DNA from: Thermodesulfobacteriota bacterium
Lineage (GTDB): Bacteria > Desulfobacterota > Desulfobacteria > Desulfobacterales > C00003060
Length of the DNA: 64,000 nt
Assembly: GCA_034189385.1 (NCBI GenBank)
Contig: JAXHVD010000006.1
Span: 112,300-176,299 of the forward strand
Direction of reading: 5' to 3'
Shown here: piece after piece, positions 27,099 to 37,961 of the stretch
Layout of the letters: the number at the start of each line of letters is the position of its first letter
How positions within the stretch are numbered: the first letter of the stretch is position 1
Made by a program: the position numbers and the translations under genes
Notes under the pieces: generated by a model
Database searches by the model: none
The model's input: the letters and a program-made list of their open reading frames with translations, nothing else
What the model was told of the DNA's origin: nothing

Positions 27099-28891
27099 AA
27101 CATATTCGAAACTTCAGCATTATTGCCCACATCAACCATGGCAAATCGACCCTTTCTGATCGTCTCATCCAGGCGACGGGCATCATTGCGGACCGGGATT
27201 TCAAAGAGCAGATCCTCGACACCATGGACATCGAGCGGGAGAGAGGCATTACCATCAAGAGTCAGGCCGTTTCTCTGCCCTACAGGGGTGACGATGGCCG
27301 CAGCTACACCCTAAATCTCATCGACACCCCTGGCCATGTGGACTTCACCTACGAGGTCTCAAGGTCTTTGGCCTCTTGTGAAGGGGTCCTTCTCCTTGTG
27401 GATGCCAGCCAGGGAGTGGAGGCCCAAACCGTGGCGAACCTTTACATGGCCATGGATCACGATCTTGAAATCATTCCTGTGATCAACAAGATCGATCTTC
27501 CCGCGGCTGACGTGGGACGGGTCCGTGAGGAGATTGAAGAAGACCTGGGACTCGACCCGGAGGGGGCCATTCTTGCGTCTGCCAAAGAAGGCACGGGAAT
27601 TGCCGAGGTCCTGGAGGCCATTGTTATAAGGCTCCCCCAGCCTCTGGGGGACCCTGCAAGCCCTCTAGAGGCCTTAATATTTGACTCCCATTACGACTCC
27701 TATCGGGGCACCATTATCCACTGCCGCGTCTTTCAAGGGACCGTGAAAGCTGGAGATACCATACGTTTCATGTCCAATAAGGCGGCCTACCGGGTGGAAG
27801 AGGTGGGGGTTTTTCAGATCAAAAGGATGCCAAGAGAGGCCCTTTCTGCCGGCGAGGTGGGTTACATCATTGCCGGGGTTAAGACCGTCAGCGATACTAG
27901 ATGCGGTGACACCATCACGCATGACGATACCCCGTGCCCAGTCCCCCTTCCAGGTTTCAGGGAAATAAAGCCGGTGGTCTTTTCTTCCATCTATCCGGTA
28001 GCCTCTGACGGATATGAAGACCTGGTCACGGCCATGGATAAGTTGAAGCTAAACGATGCCTCCCTAATCTACGAGAAAGACACCTCCGTGGCACTGGGCT
28101 TTGGGTTCAGGTGCGGATTTTTGGGACTCCTCCACCTGGAAATCGTTCAGGAGCGTCTGGAGCGTGAATTTAACCTTTCACTCATTATAACGTCCCCGTC
28201 AGTGAAGTATGAATTTGTCATGACAGACGGGACCACACAGATCATAGACAACCCCGTCCTTTATCCTGATCCTGCCAAGATCGCCACGACCCGGGAGCCC
28301 TATATCCGGGCCGCTATCATGATGCCTGACAAATATCTGGGTGCCGTGATCAAGCTGTGCCTTGAGCGCCGAGGGGTTCATGCCAAACATCAATACTTGG
28401 GAAGGCGAAGGATCGAGTTGACCTGCGAGCTTCCTCTGGCTGAAGTGATCTACGATTTCTATGACAGGCTTAAGACCGTTACCCAGGGTTATGGTTCCTT
28501 TGATTATGAGCTTCTTGACTATCGGGACAGCTCTCTGGTTAAACTCGACATATTGATCAACGGCGAGAAGGTGGATGCCCTGTCACAGTTGGTCCATCAG
28601 AACGGTGCCTATGGACGGGCAAGATACGCTTGTGAGAAGTTAAAGGACGAGATTCCCAGGCAGATGTTTAAGATCGCCATCCAGGGGGCTATAGGGACAA
28701 AAATCATTGCCAGGGAGACGATATCTGCTTTTCGCAAGGACGTGACTGCCAAGTGTTACGGCGGAGACATTACCCGGAAGCGTAAGCTCCTTGAGAAACA
28801 AAAGAAGGGGAAGAAGCGGATGAAAATGGTGGGATCTGTCATGATTCCCCAATCTGCTTTTCTTGCTGTGCTGAAGCGGGACACCGACTAA
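27095..28891 (+). CDS. lepA: Elongation factor 4 (LepA)
   Basis: [70 protein letters not shown] start overlaps the iorB stop. Confidence 0.97.
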   Translation: MKHIRNFSIIAHINHGKSTLSDRLIQATGIIADRDFKEQILDTMDIERERGITIKSQAVSLPYRGDDGRSYTLNLIDTPGHVDFTYEVSRSLASCEGVLLLVDASQGVEAQTVANLYMAMDHDLEIIPVINKIDLPAADVGRVREEIEEDLGLDPEGAILASAKEGTGIAEVLEAIVIRLPQPLGDPASPLEALIFDSHYDSYRGTIIHCRVFQGTVKAGDTIRFMSNKAAYRVEEVGVFQIKRMPREALSAGEVGYIIAGVKTVSDTRCGDTITHDDTPCPVPLPGFREIKPVVFSSIYPVASDGYEDLVTAMDKLKLNDASLIYEKDTSVALGFGFRCGFLGLLHLEIVQERLEREFNLSLIITSPSVKYEFVMTDGTTQIIDNPVLYPDPAKIATTREPYIRAAIMMPDKYLGAVIKLCLERRGVHAKHQYLGRRRIELTCELPLAEVIYDFYDRLKTVTQGYGSFDYELLDYRDSSLVKLDILINGEKVDALSQLVHQNGAYGRARYACEKLKDEIPRQMFKIAIQGAIGTKIIARETISAFRKDVTAKCYGGDITRKRKLLEKQKKGKKRMKMVGSVMIPQSAFLAVLKRDTD

Positions 28892-28900
28892 ATGAAGGCT

Positions 28901-28970
28901 GATGGATTTGTGAAGAGTCGCCACTCCGGTGAAACCCGCATCGGGGTCTGGGCCAGGCACCAGAGTCCAG
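28901..28970. repeat. Degenerate REP/palindromic-element remnant
   Basis: GATGGATTTGTGAAGAGTCGCCACTCCGGTGAAACC...GAGTCCAG, related to the GTCAT-CCGG...ATCCAG element at 34295. Confidence 0.45.
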
Positions 28971-29036
28971 AGCTATTAATACTGGTTGAATGGACAAGGT
29001 GGCCGCCATGAGGCCGTCTGCTCCAAGGCATTCCCG

Positions 29037-30353
29037 TTAAAGCCTCCAGTACAAGAAGCCCATCCTGTCGGCTTCCTCTTTAGAATACAAGGACTTTACA
29101 TCTGCAAGGACTGGCTTACCTGTCCCACTTATCTCCGTGATTCTCTCCAGGCTCAGCTCCTCAACGTATTGCCGATGTTGCACGGCCAGTACAACGGCAT
29201 CATAGGGCTTACGGTCTCCTATGTCGTTGATGAGGCCAATATTGTATTCTTGCATGGCCTCGTCCTTGTACGCATACGGGTCATGAACATAGACATCCAC
29301 TTCATAATCCTTCAATTCATGGTAGATATCGATGACCCGAGTATTTCGCATATCGCTGATGTTCTCCTTAAACGTAAGCCCCAGGATCAAGACCTTGCTC
29401 CCTTTGACGGCCTTTCCTGCTTTTATGAGCATCTTTAACGTGTTCTCTGCCACGTATTTGCCCATGTTATCGTTGATCCTGCGACCAGCCAAGATAATCT
29501 GGGGATGATACCCGATGCTTTCGGCCTTAAAGGTCAGGTAATAGGGGTCCACCCCGATGCAATGGCCGCCGACGAGACCGGGTTCAAACCTCAAGAAATT
29601 CCACTTGGTGCCCGCTGCCTCCAAGACCTCTTTGGTCCCGATGCCCAGTTTGTTGAAGATAAGAGAAAGCTCATTCATAAGGGCAATATTCAAGTCCCTC
29701 TGGGTGTTCTCAATAACCTTGGCAGCCTCTGCGGTTCTGATGTCAGGGGCTAGATGGACGCCGGCAGAGATGACAGAGCTGTAAATCTCAGCCAGTAAGC
29801 GGGCCACTTCCTCTGTGTCACCGGCCACCACTTTGATGATCTTGTCAATGGTGTGCTCCTTGTCACCGGGATTGACCCTTTCAGGGGAATAGCCCACGTG
29901 AAAACCCTTTTTCCACAAAAGCCCGCTCTCCCTTTCCAAGATAGGCACACAGATTTCCTCGGTGACGCCCGGGTACACCGTGGACTCGTAGATCACCAGA
30001 GACCCCTCACTCATATGCTCTCCGATCAACCAGGTAGCCCTTTGAACTGGCCCGAGATCGGGGATCCTGTACTCATCAATAGGGGTGGGGACCGTGACGA
30101 TGATGAGTTTACACTCGGAGATCTTCTCGGGATTACCCGTGAACTCAATGTTAGAGCCCCTGAGGGTCTCCGAATCTACTTCCTTTGTTCTGTCCATGTG
30201 ATTTATGAGTTCGTTGATCCTTGTCAAATTCACATCAAAGCCGATGATCTGGTATTTCGTGGCCATCAACGCAGCCAATGGAAGACCCACATAGCCCAGA
30301 CCCACTATGCAAATATTCTGATTCCCGCTTTCGAAATCCGTTTGCTTGAACAT
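29037..30353 (-). CDS. UDP-N-acetylhexosamine/nucleotide-sugar dehydrogenase (TviB/WbpO-like)
   Basis: VGLGYVGLPLA, TVPTP, YESTVYPG, YSPERVNPG, AAKVIENTQRDLNIA, GLVGGHCIGVDP, GLTFKEN. Confidence 0.95.
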   Translation of the reverse strand: MFKQTDFESGNQNICIVGLGYVGLPLAALMATKYQIIGFDVNLTRINELINHMDRTKEVDSETLRGSNIEFTGNPEKISECKLIIVTVPTPIDEYRIPDLGPVQRATWLIGEHMSEGSLVIYESTVYPGVTEEICVPILERESGLLWKKGFHVGYSPERVNPGDKEHTIDKIIKVVAGDTEEVARLLAEIYSSVISAGVHLAPDIRTAEAAKVIENTQRDLNIALMNELSLIFNKLGIGTKEVLEAAGTKWNFLRFEPGLVGGHCIGVDPYYLTFKAESIGYHPQIILAGRRINDNMGKYVAENTLKMLIKAGKAVKGSKVLILGLTFKENISDMRNTRVIDIYHELKDYEVDVYVHDPYAYKDEAMQEYNIGLINDIGDRKPYDAVVLAVQHRQYVEELSLERITEISGTGKPVLADVKSLYSKEEADRMGFLYWRL

Positions 30354-30380
30354 CTTGACTCCTCTCCTGGGAGGCAACGG

Positions 30381-32279
30381 TTAGCTCAGAAAACCTTCCT
30401 CGATCTCAATCTCGCTCTTCTGCCGAAGCTGGTCAAACCATCCATCCAGAAGCTTCTGACGTTTCTGAAAAAACAGGCTGCGCTTGGTCTCTTCTTTTTG
30501 GGCCTCAAATTCCTTGGAATCAGCCTCTCTTCGCTCTTTTAGCCGTATCACGTAGAAGTCTTTCTTGCCTTTGATCACACGCTCTGCCAGAGGGGCTGAA
30601 AGGTCTAAGGAAAAAGCAGTGTCCGTGATTTCCTCTTCGGCACCGATTTCCGGAATGGATCCGAACCGCTTAAAAAGCTCTGTGCTCTTTGACTCCAGGC
30701 CGCGGCTCCCTGCCTCTTTTTCAAAGGCGGCCCCCTGCTTAAGGGCATCTAGGAATGCCTCTGCCGCTTTGTTCGCAAGTTCGTCCTGCTTGATCACAAT
30801 GAGGTCTTTTCGCACCTCTTCCTCAACAGTCTTCAACGCTGGGATTTCAGCCGGCTTTCTCCCTGTCACTTCAAGAATGTAGTATCCCTCCGCTAACTCC
30901 AGGACCTCGCTTACCTCGTCGTCTGCCAGGTCAAAGGCTGTTTCCGTGAATTTACCCCTGTCCTTAATCCCCTCAACCCGGTCACCCCGGGCAAAAAAGC
31001 CGGTCTCATGGATTTGCAGTTCCTGGGCCCTGGCCTCATCGGCGATGTGGCCAGGCCCATAGCAAGCGTCATACATCTCTTCTGCCCGATCATATGCAAG
31101 CGTTCTGGCCCCATCTTTCACCAGCTTTTCGCGGATCTCCTCTTTGACCGTGGTGTCCAATGCCGGCTCTTTGGCCTCTTGAACCTCTTCGACCTTGATT
31201 ACGTGCCAGCCAAAGGGGGACCTTACGGGGTCACTGATCTCGTCTGGCTTCATGGAAAAGGCCGCATCAGAAAAGGGCTTGACCATCTTGTCTTCTGCAA
31301 AAAATCCCAAATCGCCCCCCTTGGTCTTACTGCCGGGATCATCAGAATGCTTCTTGGCCAACTCGACGAAGTCGGCCCCAGCCTTTGCCTCTTTCGAAAC
31401 AGAAAGGGCCTTCTTGCGGACCCTTTCAATCGCATCTGCGTCTGCCTCGCCTTCTACCTTAAAGAGGATGTGGCGGGCCCGAACCTTTTTGGGCGCACCA
31501 TAGCTGTCCCTGTTTAGATCGAAGTACTCGTTTATCTCTTCCTCCGAAACATTGACTTCCGGCTCCAAGTCTTTAAAGGCAAAACGCACATAGCTCACAT
31601 TGATTTGGGGGGGTATCTCATAGCCTTTTTTGTGTTCACTGTAATATGTCTCAAGCTCCTCAGAGCTCACGCCAACCCCTTCATACGACGTGGGGCTAAA
31701 GACCACATAGTCCAGGCTCACCTTTTCTTCCCGCCACTTGAAGTTCTCCAGGGCCTCAGCATCCGACACCTTAATACTCCCCACCACAATCCCTTCCATC
31801 TTTTCCACGAGAAGGTCTTCCTTCACGCTCTCTTCAAATATCTCAGGAGTCATTCCGCTGCGAGACAGCACACGTTTGTATCGCATTGGATCAAACTGCC
31901 CGTTGTATTGAAAAGCAGGGATCTTCTGGATGGCGCCGGCCAGTGCCTCGTTGGTTACACGCAGACCAAGGCCCTCTGCCTGTTGGAGAGAGAGTCTCCG
32001 CTCGATCAAACGGTCTAGGGTCTGTCTCCTCAGATTAAGGGTCTTGAGAAGTTTCTGATCCAGGGCATCGCCGAACTGTCTTCGGTATTGCTCCAGCATC
32101 CGATCGTAAACATTTCGGTACTCGTCCAGGGAAATGATAGAACCATTGACTACTGCCACACGGTTTCTTTGTCGGGCCCGACGGCTGCCCACCCCCCAGA
32201 AGACAAATACGACCACAATGACCCCTAAAATCACTTTGATCATCCAGGAGCCAGCATGTTTCCTCATCAAATTCAGCAT
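30381..32279 (-). CDS. ppiD: PpiD-type peptidyl-prolyl isomerase (SurA N-terminal plus parvulin domain)
   Basis: N-terminal TM anchor, VRARHIL, SDDPGSKTKGGDLG, PVRSPFGWHVIK. Confidence 0.93.
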   Translation of the reverse strand: MLNLMRKHAGSWMIKVILGVIVVVFVFWGVGSRRARQRNRVAVVNGSIISLDEYRNVYDRMLEQYRRQFGDALDQKLLKTLNLRRQTLDRLIERRLSLQQAEGLGLRVTNEALAGAIQKIPAFQYNGQFDPMRYKRVLSRSGMTPEIFEESVKEDLLVEKMEGIVVGSIKVSDAEALENFKWREEKVSLDYVVFSPTSYEGVGVSSEELETYYSEHKKGYEIPPQINVSYVRFAFKDLEPEVNVSEEEINEYFDLNRDSYGAPKKVRARHILFKVEGEADADAIERVRKKALSVSKEAKAGADFVELAKKHSDDPGSKTKGGDLGFFAEDKMVKPFSDAAFSMKPDEISDPVRSPFGWHVIKVEEVQEAKEPALDTTVKEEIREKLVKDGARTLAYDRAEEMYDACYGPGHIADEARAQELQIHETGFFARGDRVEGIKDRGKFTETAFDLADDEVSEVLELAEGYYILEVTGRKPAEIPALKTVEEEVRKDLIVIKQDELANKAAEAFLDALKQGAAFEKEAGSRGLESKSTELFKRFGSIPEIGAEEEITDTAFSLDLSAPLAERVIKGKKDFYVIRLKERREADSKEFEAQKEETKRSLFFQKRQKLLDGWFDQLRQKSEIEIEEGFLS

Positions 32280-32309
32280 AACAACCTCACATTATAGGGA
32301 CTACAGGCT

Positions 32310-34235
32310 TCATAGTCTAAAATGATTTAAACGTCCACCTGCAACCACAATATTCCTTTCTCTCTCATCCAGTGCGATGTCCACATCAAACCCATAGTCC
32401 TGTGTCGCGTTCCAGACATGAAGGGATCTTTCCCCTCCCTTCAGTGAGCCTGCAGCACCCTCCGCCACCACTTGGTCTCCAGGCTGGATACGGCCAATAT
32501 CCTGGAGCCTGGAAAAAGTCATGGGCAGAATTCCGAAATTGATCAGATTGGCACGGTGGATACGGGCAAAGGAATGGGCTATCACTCCCCTGATCCCCAA
32601 ATACATGGGTCCAAGGGCTGCGTGTTCCCGACTTGATCCTTGTCCGTAGTTCCTGCCTGCCACGACAAAGCCGCCGCCCTTTTCCATAGCCCTTTTTGCA
32701 AACCCAGGGTCACGTTGTGAGAAGACGTATTTTGAGATCTCAGGGATGTTGGACCGCAAAGAAAGGATATGGGGTCCGGCAGGCAAGATGTCGTCCGTGG
32801 TAATGTCATCCCCCAGACAAATCAGCACTTCTCCCCTTAAGGTCTCTTCCATGGCAAGACCCTTTGGAAGGGGTTGGATGTTGGGGCCTCTCACCACCTC
32901 CACAGCCTCAGGATCGTCGGAGGGTTGCAAGAACAGATGATCCATATGAGGCAAAACTTGGGGTACGGCTACCTGAATGGGCTCACCAAAGGTCCTGGGA
33001 TCGGTGAGTTCCCCTTTCACGGCCGATACAGCAGCCACCTCCGCACTGGAGAGATAGATCCTGGCATCCATGGTTCCGCTACGACCCTTGAAGTTTCGAT
33101 TAAAGGTCCTTAGCGTCACCCCGCCAGTCGGAGGAGATTGTCCAATGCCGATACATGGCCCACAAGCCGATTCCAGGACGCGGGCCCCGGCCTCTATGAT
33201 GTCTGTCAAGGCCCCTGTTCGGGCCAGTGCTGACAGCACCTGCCTGGAACCAGGCGATATAACTAGGCTTGTCTCTGGATGGACAGAGCGCCCTTTCAAC
33301 ACACCAGCCACAGTAGCCAAGTCCTTGTACGAGGAGTTGGTGCAACTGCCGATAGCCACCTGATCCAATTTTAGTCCCTGGATCTCTTTGACCGGACAGA
33401 CCTCATCGGGCATATGGGGCTGGGCCACCATGGGTTCTAGTTGAGACAGATCTATGGTGATGACCTCATGGTAGGAGCCGTCCGGGTCTGCCGAAAGGGG
33501 CGCAAAGTCCTCTTCTCTTTTCTGAGATTTCAAAAATGCCAACGTACCCTCATCGCTAGGAAAGACAGAAGTCGTCGCACCGGTCTCTGCCCCCATGTTT
33601 GTAATCGTGGCCCGCTCTGTTACAGAAAGGGCCTTGACCCCGGGCCCGCCGTATTCAAAGACCCGGCCGACGCCCCCTTTCACGGAAACGCGGCGGAGCA
33701 ATTCCAGAACGATATCCTTGGCCGACACCCAAGGTGACAATGCCCCCTCCAGTCTGACCAGGACCACTTCTGGGCATGTTAGCCGGAAGGGTTCCCCAGC
33801 CATGGCCATGGCCACGTCCAGGCCGCCGCTTCCAATGGCAAGCATCCCCAAACCGCCTCCTGTAGAGGTATGACTGTCTGAGCCAAGGAGGGTCTGGCCA
33901 GGTACCCCGAATCGCTCCAGGTGGACCTGGTGACAGATGCCATTGCCAGGCCCCGAAAAGATGATGCCGTATTTTGAAGCAACGGACCGAAGAAATCGGT
34001 GATCATCGCTGTTTTGAAAACCGGCCTGAAAGGTATTGTGGTCCACATAGCTTACCGAGAGCCTGGTCCGCACGCGAGGTATCCCAAGGGCCTCAAACTG
34101 CAAACAAGCCATGGTCCCTGTGGCATCCTGCGTGAGGGTCTGATCAATGGGGATCGCTACAGGTTCTCCCGGCAGGGGGATGGGGCTTATCCCGTGGGCT
34201 TCTAAAATTTTTTCAACAAGGTTCTTGCCCGGCAT
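32310..34235 (-). CDS. Aconitate hydratase (short Aquifex/archaeal-type aconitase family)
   Basis: DQTLTQDATGT, YVDHN, GNGICHQ, GSDSHT, IGSCTN, CGPCIG, NRNF, DDITTD, NYGQGSSREHA. Confidence 0.93.
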   Translation of the reverse strand: MPGKNLVEKILEAHGISPIPLPGEPVAIPIDQTLTQDATGTMACLQFEALGIPRVRTRLSVSYVDHNTFQAGFQNSDDHRFLRSVASKYGIIFSGPGNGICHQVHLERFGVPGQTLLGSDSHTSTGGGLGMLAIGSGGLDVAMAMAGEPFRLTCPEVVLVRLEGALSPWVSAKDIVLELLRRVSVKGGVGRVFEYGGPGVKALSVTERATITNMGAETGATTSVFPSDEGTLAFLKSQKREEDFAPLSADPDGSYHEVITIDLSQLEPMVAQPHMPDEVCPVKEIQGLKLDQVAIGSCTNSSYKDLATVAGVLKGRSVHPETSLVISPGSRQVLSALARTGALTDIIEAGARVLESACGPCIGIGQSPPTGGVTLRTFNRNFKGRSGTMDARIYLSSAEVAAVSAVKGELTDPRTFGEPIQVAVPQVLPHMDHLFLQPSDDPEAVEVVRGPNIQPLPKGLAMEETLRGEVLICLGDDITTDDILPAGPHILSLRSNIPEISKYVFSQRDPGFAKRAMEKGGGFVVAGRNYGQGSSREHAALGPMYLGIRGVIAHSFARIHRANLINFGILPMTFSRLQDIGRIQPGDQVVAEGAAGSLKGGERSLHVWNATQDYGFDVDIALDERERNIVVAGGRLNHFRL

Positions 34236-34294
34236 TATTTTCCCCTGCTTGCATCCACCCAGCGTAGTGTCTTCACGATGGCTTTACAATTTCC

Positions 34295-34364
34295 GTCATG
34301 CCGGACTTTCTTGATCCGGCATCCAGATCTTCTTCTGGATTCCCCGGTCAAGCCGGGGAATGAC
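34295..34364. repeat. Palindromic cruciform REP/RPE-like element
   Basis: GTCAT-[GCCGGA/TCCGGC]-[ATCCAGA/TCTGGAT]-[TCCCCGG/CCGGGGA]-ATGAC: three hairpins closed by GTCAT/ATGAC. Confidence 0.8.
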
Positions 34365-34586
34365 CACTTTCGGCTTTTTCTTGTCAGGTTCACATTATTG
34401 TCAAGAAATCACAGAACACAGCACTGTGTGAGGGGCGCATAACTCGCGCCGACGGGCCAGCTTTCAACAGATGCTGGCCAGTATGAAGCTCTTGTCCTAA
34501 GATAAATGAGCCCATCTGATCCAACGATGGGCCACCGTTTCCTACCACCAAAGCACAGCGTCGTCAATCGCGACCTGCCACCCTGT

Positions 34587-35282
34587 TCAGTACGTGGTCC
34601 TTTGAAACTGGGCCAATTCTTCGAGTACCTCTTCTTCCGTCACATCGTACCAGTACTCGTAGGCCTCGGCCACTGCGAAGCTAAAGCCTGTACGGATATT
34701 GGCACAATACATCCGGTCCACCTTTCCTGCAACACCCTCCACTGATTGGCTGTGGCCTGTAGGCACGGCAACCACAACCTGGGATGGAGACACCTTGTAG
34801 AGGGCCTCTACTGCCACAGACATGGTAAAGCCTGAGGCTAGCCCGTCGTCTATGAGAATGACAGTCCTGTCTGAAAGGGAGGGCAGTGGCTTGTCGCCCC
34901 GAAAGAGGGTAACCCGTCGCTCGACCTTGGTGCGGGTCTGGGCGATGCCTTCTTCTATCTCCTCTTTCTTCAGCCCAAGTCGGGCCACGAGGTGATCGTT
35001 GAGCTTCAAGGTATCGTCAAAGGCCAGGGCCCCGTACCCTGCCTCTGTGTTCCAAGGTAACGTGATCTTGCTCACCACGGCCACGTCCAGGGGAAGGCCC
35101 AGTTGCCTGGCAATCTCGGCCCCTACGGGCACCCCTCCGGCAGGGATGGCAAGCACGATGGCAGTCGCCCCCTGAAACCTTTCCATCATCTGCGCCAGGG
35201 CCAGGCCAGCCTCTTGGCGATCCCGAAAGACCCGAGTTCTATTGTGCAGGTCAGGCCTTTCTATAATGTTTGAGCGATCCAT
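34587..35282 (-). CDS. Phosphoribosyltransferase-family protein
   Basis: FRDRQEAG, LAIPAGGVPVG, VILIDDGLASGFTM PRPP-binding loop. Confidence 0.92.
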   Translation of the reverse strand: MDRSNIIERPDLHNRTRVFRDRQEAGLALAQMMERFQGATAIVLAIPAGGVPVGAEIARQLGLPLDVAVVSKITLPWNTEAGYGALAFDDTLKLNDHLVARLGLKKEEIEEGIAQTRTKVERRVTLFRGDKPLPSLSDRTVILIDDGLASGFTMSVAVEALYKVSPSQVVVAVPTGHSQSVEGVAGKVDRMYCANIRTGFSFAVAEAYEYWYDVTEEEVLEELAQFQRTTY

Positions 35283-35511
35283 GTACGCTATACCATCTAA
35301 AAAAAAGAGCTTGAAAACACCGCACCTTCACGTAGTCAAGACCTCTCTATTCCTTTGAGACAGATACTGGACACTCGGCGCTGGATCATGGCTTCGGGTG
35401 GACCGTTTTATTCAGAATCCAGAGACTAGAATCCTGTATCAGTGCTTAGGGGCACAGCACTATCTCCAAGAAAGTCTGATATGGTTCACCCAACACCTGG
35501 TCTTAGAATCT

Positions 35512-36618
35512 TCAGTACTCCTCGCCCAACATATGCACGTTTCCTATGTGAACCCTCGTCAGGCCGGCTCTTTGTGCCACCTTTTGGCAGCGCAGGGCAT
35601 GGGCCCGAGAAGTCCTGGGCAGATCCTTGAGATAGAAATGGGGCCAGAAGCCCAAAAGGCTGTACGGAATGTCAGGATCCAAAACTTTTATGAACCGCGC
35701 AATGCCGTCCACCTCGTGCTCATCCACATAGCCCGGTACCAGAAGGGTGCTCGCAATCAAAAATGGAGGATCTGGTCGCTCCGAGATGAGCTTGCTCAGT
35801 GCTTGGAAATTATCTAGCGTCTTTCCATTTGTCACGCCGCACAGGGCCTTATGAAGGCCTTGGTCCCAGGCCTTTAGGTCACACTTGACGCACCCCCCTG
35901 ATTGAAGAGACACCTGAGCCATCATATTCAGGTAGGGCTGGTTCAAAGACCCATTTGTCTCCCAGCAGATCCTCAATATTTTATTTCCTTTTCTCTTCAT
36001 GGCCAGGCTGGCAGCCTTCAACGCATGGAGTATCTGGGGGCCCGGGTCACCGCCGAAGTAGCAGATGCAATTGGTGATCTCATCGGCCGCTCTTGCAAGA
36101 TCCCTTGCATGAAACTTATCCGGGGAAAAGGTCTTCTCCTTGAAGTGGTAGTTCTGGCAATAGAGGCAGTTGAAGGCACAGGCATGGTAGAATGCGGCGA
36201 GATTTTGGTATCCCCTTTCAGGCCCCTTGGCACGGGCATAGCGGGGATAGCCACACCCTGTACCCGCTGGACAGACAACGCTAGCTACGCAATTGGTAGG
36301 CAGGGGATCATAGTATAAGGAGAGCTTTCCCTCATGGGGCCGTCCTCCCTTTAGCTTTCCATCCCGTACTTGCCGAAGCCCGCAAAAACCGTACTCGCCT
36401 TCCGGAATCCGGCACCTGTTAAAACATATGTGGCAAGAGATGCCCTCAGGATCCCGAGGCGGCTCTGTGGGAAGGCCATAGGCCTTGCGACTTCTGGCAT
36501 GAATCTTGGAGATCTCCGGCCAGACTTCAGAGAAATGTGTGCGGATGCAATCTGCACAAAACCCGATGACATCGGAAATGGTCTTGCCAGACCTTTCACA
36601 GAAACGACACCTACCCAT
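35512..36618 (-). CDS. Radical SAM protein (PflA/AmmeMemoRadiSam-like) with N-terminal Cys clusters
   Basis: CAFNCLYCQN, YFGGDP, WETNG, DLKAW, STLLVPGY; N-terminal CxxC..CxxC and CxxCxxxC...C. Confidence 0.9.
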   Translation of the reverse strand: MGRCRFCERSGKTISDVIGFCADCIRTHFSEVWPEISKIHARSRKAYGLPTEPPRDPEGISCHICFNRCRIPEGEYGFCGLRQVRDGKLKGGRPHEGKLSLYYDPLPTNCVASVVCPAGTGCGYPRYARAKGPERGYQNLAAFYHACAFNCLYCQNYHFKEKTFSPDKFHARDLARAADEITNCICYFGGDPGPQILHALKAASLAMKRKGNKILRICWETNGSLNQPYLNMMAQVSLQSGGCVKCDLKAWDQGLHKALCGVTNGKTLDNFQALSKLISERPDPPFLIASTLLVPGYVDEHEVDGIARFIKVLDPDIPYSLLGFWPHFYLKDLPRTSRAHALRCQKVAQRAGLTRVHIGNVHMLGEEY

Positions 36619-36720
36619 GGAGTCTCACCGTCAACGCGCCAAGAAGGGCGATTGTCCAACCCATGCCCCCTTTACACGTTTACATGGAAGGTTTTACGCC
36701 AAGCCGGTAGGAGGCTCAGC

Positions 36721-37806
36721 CTAGCCATTCTTTTTGGCAAACTCTCCCATGAAATCCACCAGGGCCTGGACCGCCTCCAGGGAGATTGAATTATAGATGG
36801 AGGCCCGACACCCGCCCACGGATCGGTGCCCCTTGAGTCCCCCCATGCCGTTGTCCAAGGCCTGCTGCACGAACTTCTTTTCCAGTTCCTCACTGGGGAG
36901 CCGAAAGGTCACATTCATAAAAGACCGACTATCCTTTTCAGCCGTTCCGCTGTAAAAAGCTGTCTCGTCAATTGCCCTGTAGAGGAGATCTGCTTTTTGC
37001 CGGTTAAGCCTGTCCATCTCCTCTAGCCCCCCCATGGTCTCTTCGAGCCATTTCAGTACCAGTTGAATCGTGTATATGGCAAAACATGGCGGCGTGTTGA
37101 ACATGGAGTTCTTTTCCACAAAGGTCGTATACTTGAGCATGGTGGGAAGCTGTTCAGGAACGCGCTCTAACAAGTCTTGGCGCACGATGACCAGAGTGGC
37201 TCCTGCAGGCCCTAGATTCTTCTGGGCCCCGGCATAGATCAAACCGAAAGGGGAAGGATCAAATGGCCTGCTCATGATGTCAGAAGACATATCACTGATG
37301 AGCGGGGCCCCCCCGGTATCAGGGAAAGACGCCCATTGGGTCCCCTTGATGGTGTTGTTTGAAGTGATATGAACATAGGCTGCAGTAGAACTGAAGGAAA
37401 TGCCTTTTGGAATGTAAGAAAAACCCTTGTCTTCAGATGAGGCAACCACCTGGACTGTTTTTCCTTGAATCTGGGCCTCCTTGATCGCTTTTGTGGCCCA
37501 CGTGCCGGTGTTCACATAGTCGGCGGACATCCCATCGGGCAACAGGTTCATGGGAATCATGCAAAACTGCAAGCTTGCCCCTCCCTGGAGAAAGGCCACG
37601 TGGAAGCTATCATCAAGCTGTAAGAGACGTCTTACACGCACAATGGCGTCTTCAATGACGTCATCAAACCACTTGGATCGATGGCTCACCTCGGTGATAG
37701 ACATGCCTGACCCTTTAAAATTCAGAAACTCTGCCTGGATCTCCTCCAACACTGCCGACGGCAAAGCTGCCGGCCCTGGGTTGAAGTTATAGATTCTTCC
37801 TTTCAT
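36721..37806 (-). CDS. serC: Phosphoserine aminotransferase
   Basis: YNFNPGPA, SHRS, GGASLQF, SDMSS, YAGAQKNLGP, NTPP, GHRSVGG. Confidence 0.97.
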   Translation of the reverse strand: MKGRIYNFNPGPAALPSAVLEEIQAEFLNFKGSGMSITEVSHRSKWFDDVIEDAIVRVRRLLQLDDSFHVAFLQGGASLQFCMIPMNLLPDGMSADYVNTGTWATKAIKEAQIQGKTVQVVASSEDKGFSYIPKGISFSSTAAYVHITSNNTIKGTQWASFPDTGGAPLISDMSSDIMSRPFDPSPFGLIYAGAQKNLGPAGATLVIVRQDLLERVPEQLPTMLKYTTFVEKNSMFNTPPCFAIYTIQLVLKWLEETMGGLEEMDRLNRQKADLLYRAIDETAFYSGTAEKDSRSFMNVTFRLPSEELEKKFVQQALDNGMGGLKGHRSVGGCRASIYNSISLEAVQALVDFMGEFAKKNG

Positions 37807-37961
37807 TTCAACCTCCTGAGTTTTTTGCGACGCTACAAAGAAAAAGCTCCCGGTGTCAAGGAGAAAACCAGGCCCTCGAGCAGAGACTTGACAACCTATC
37901 TGTTCTGGGAGTAGAAGGACACAGTCAAGATACTCAACAATCCGCTGAAGGAGAAGAAAAA

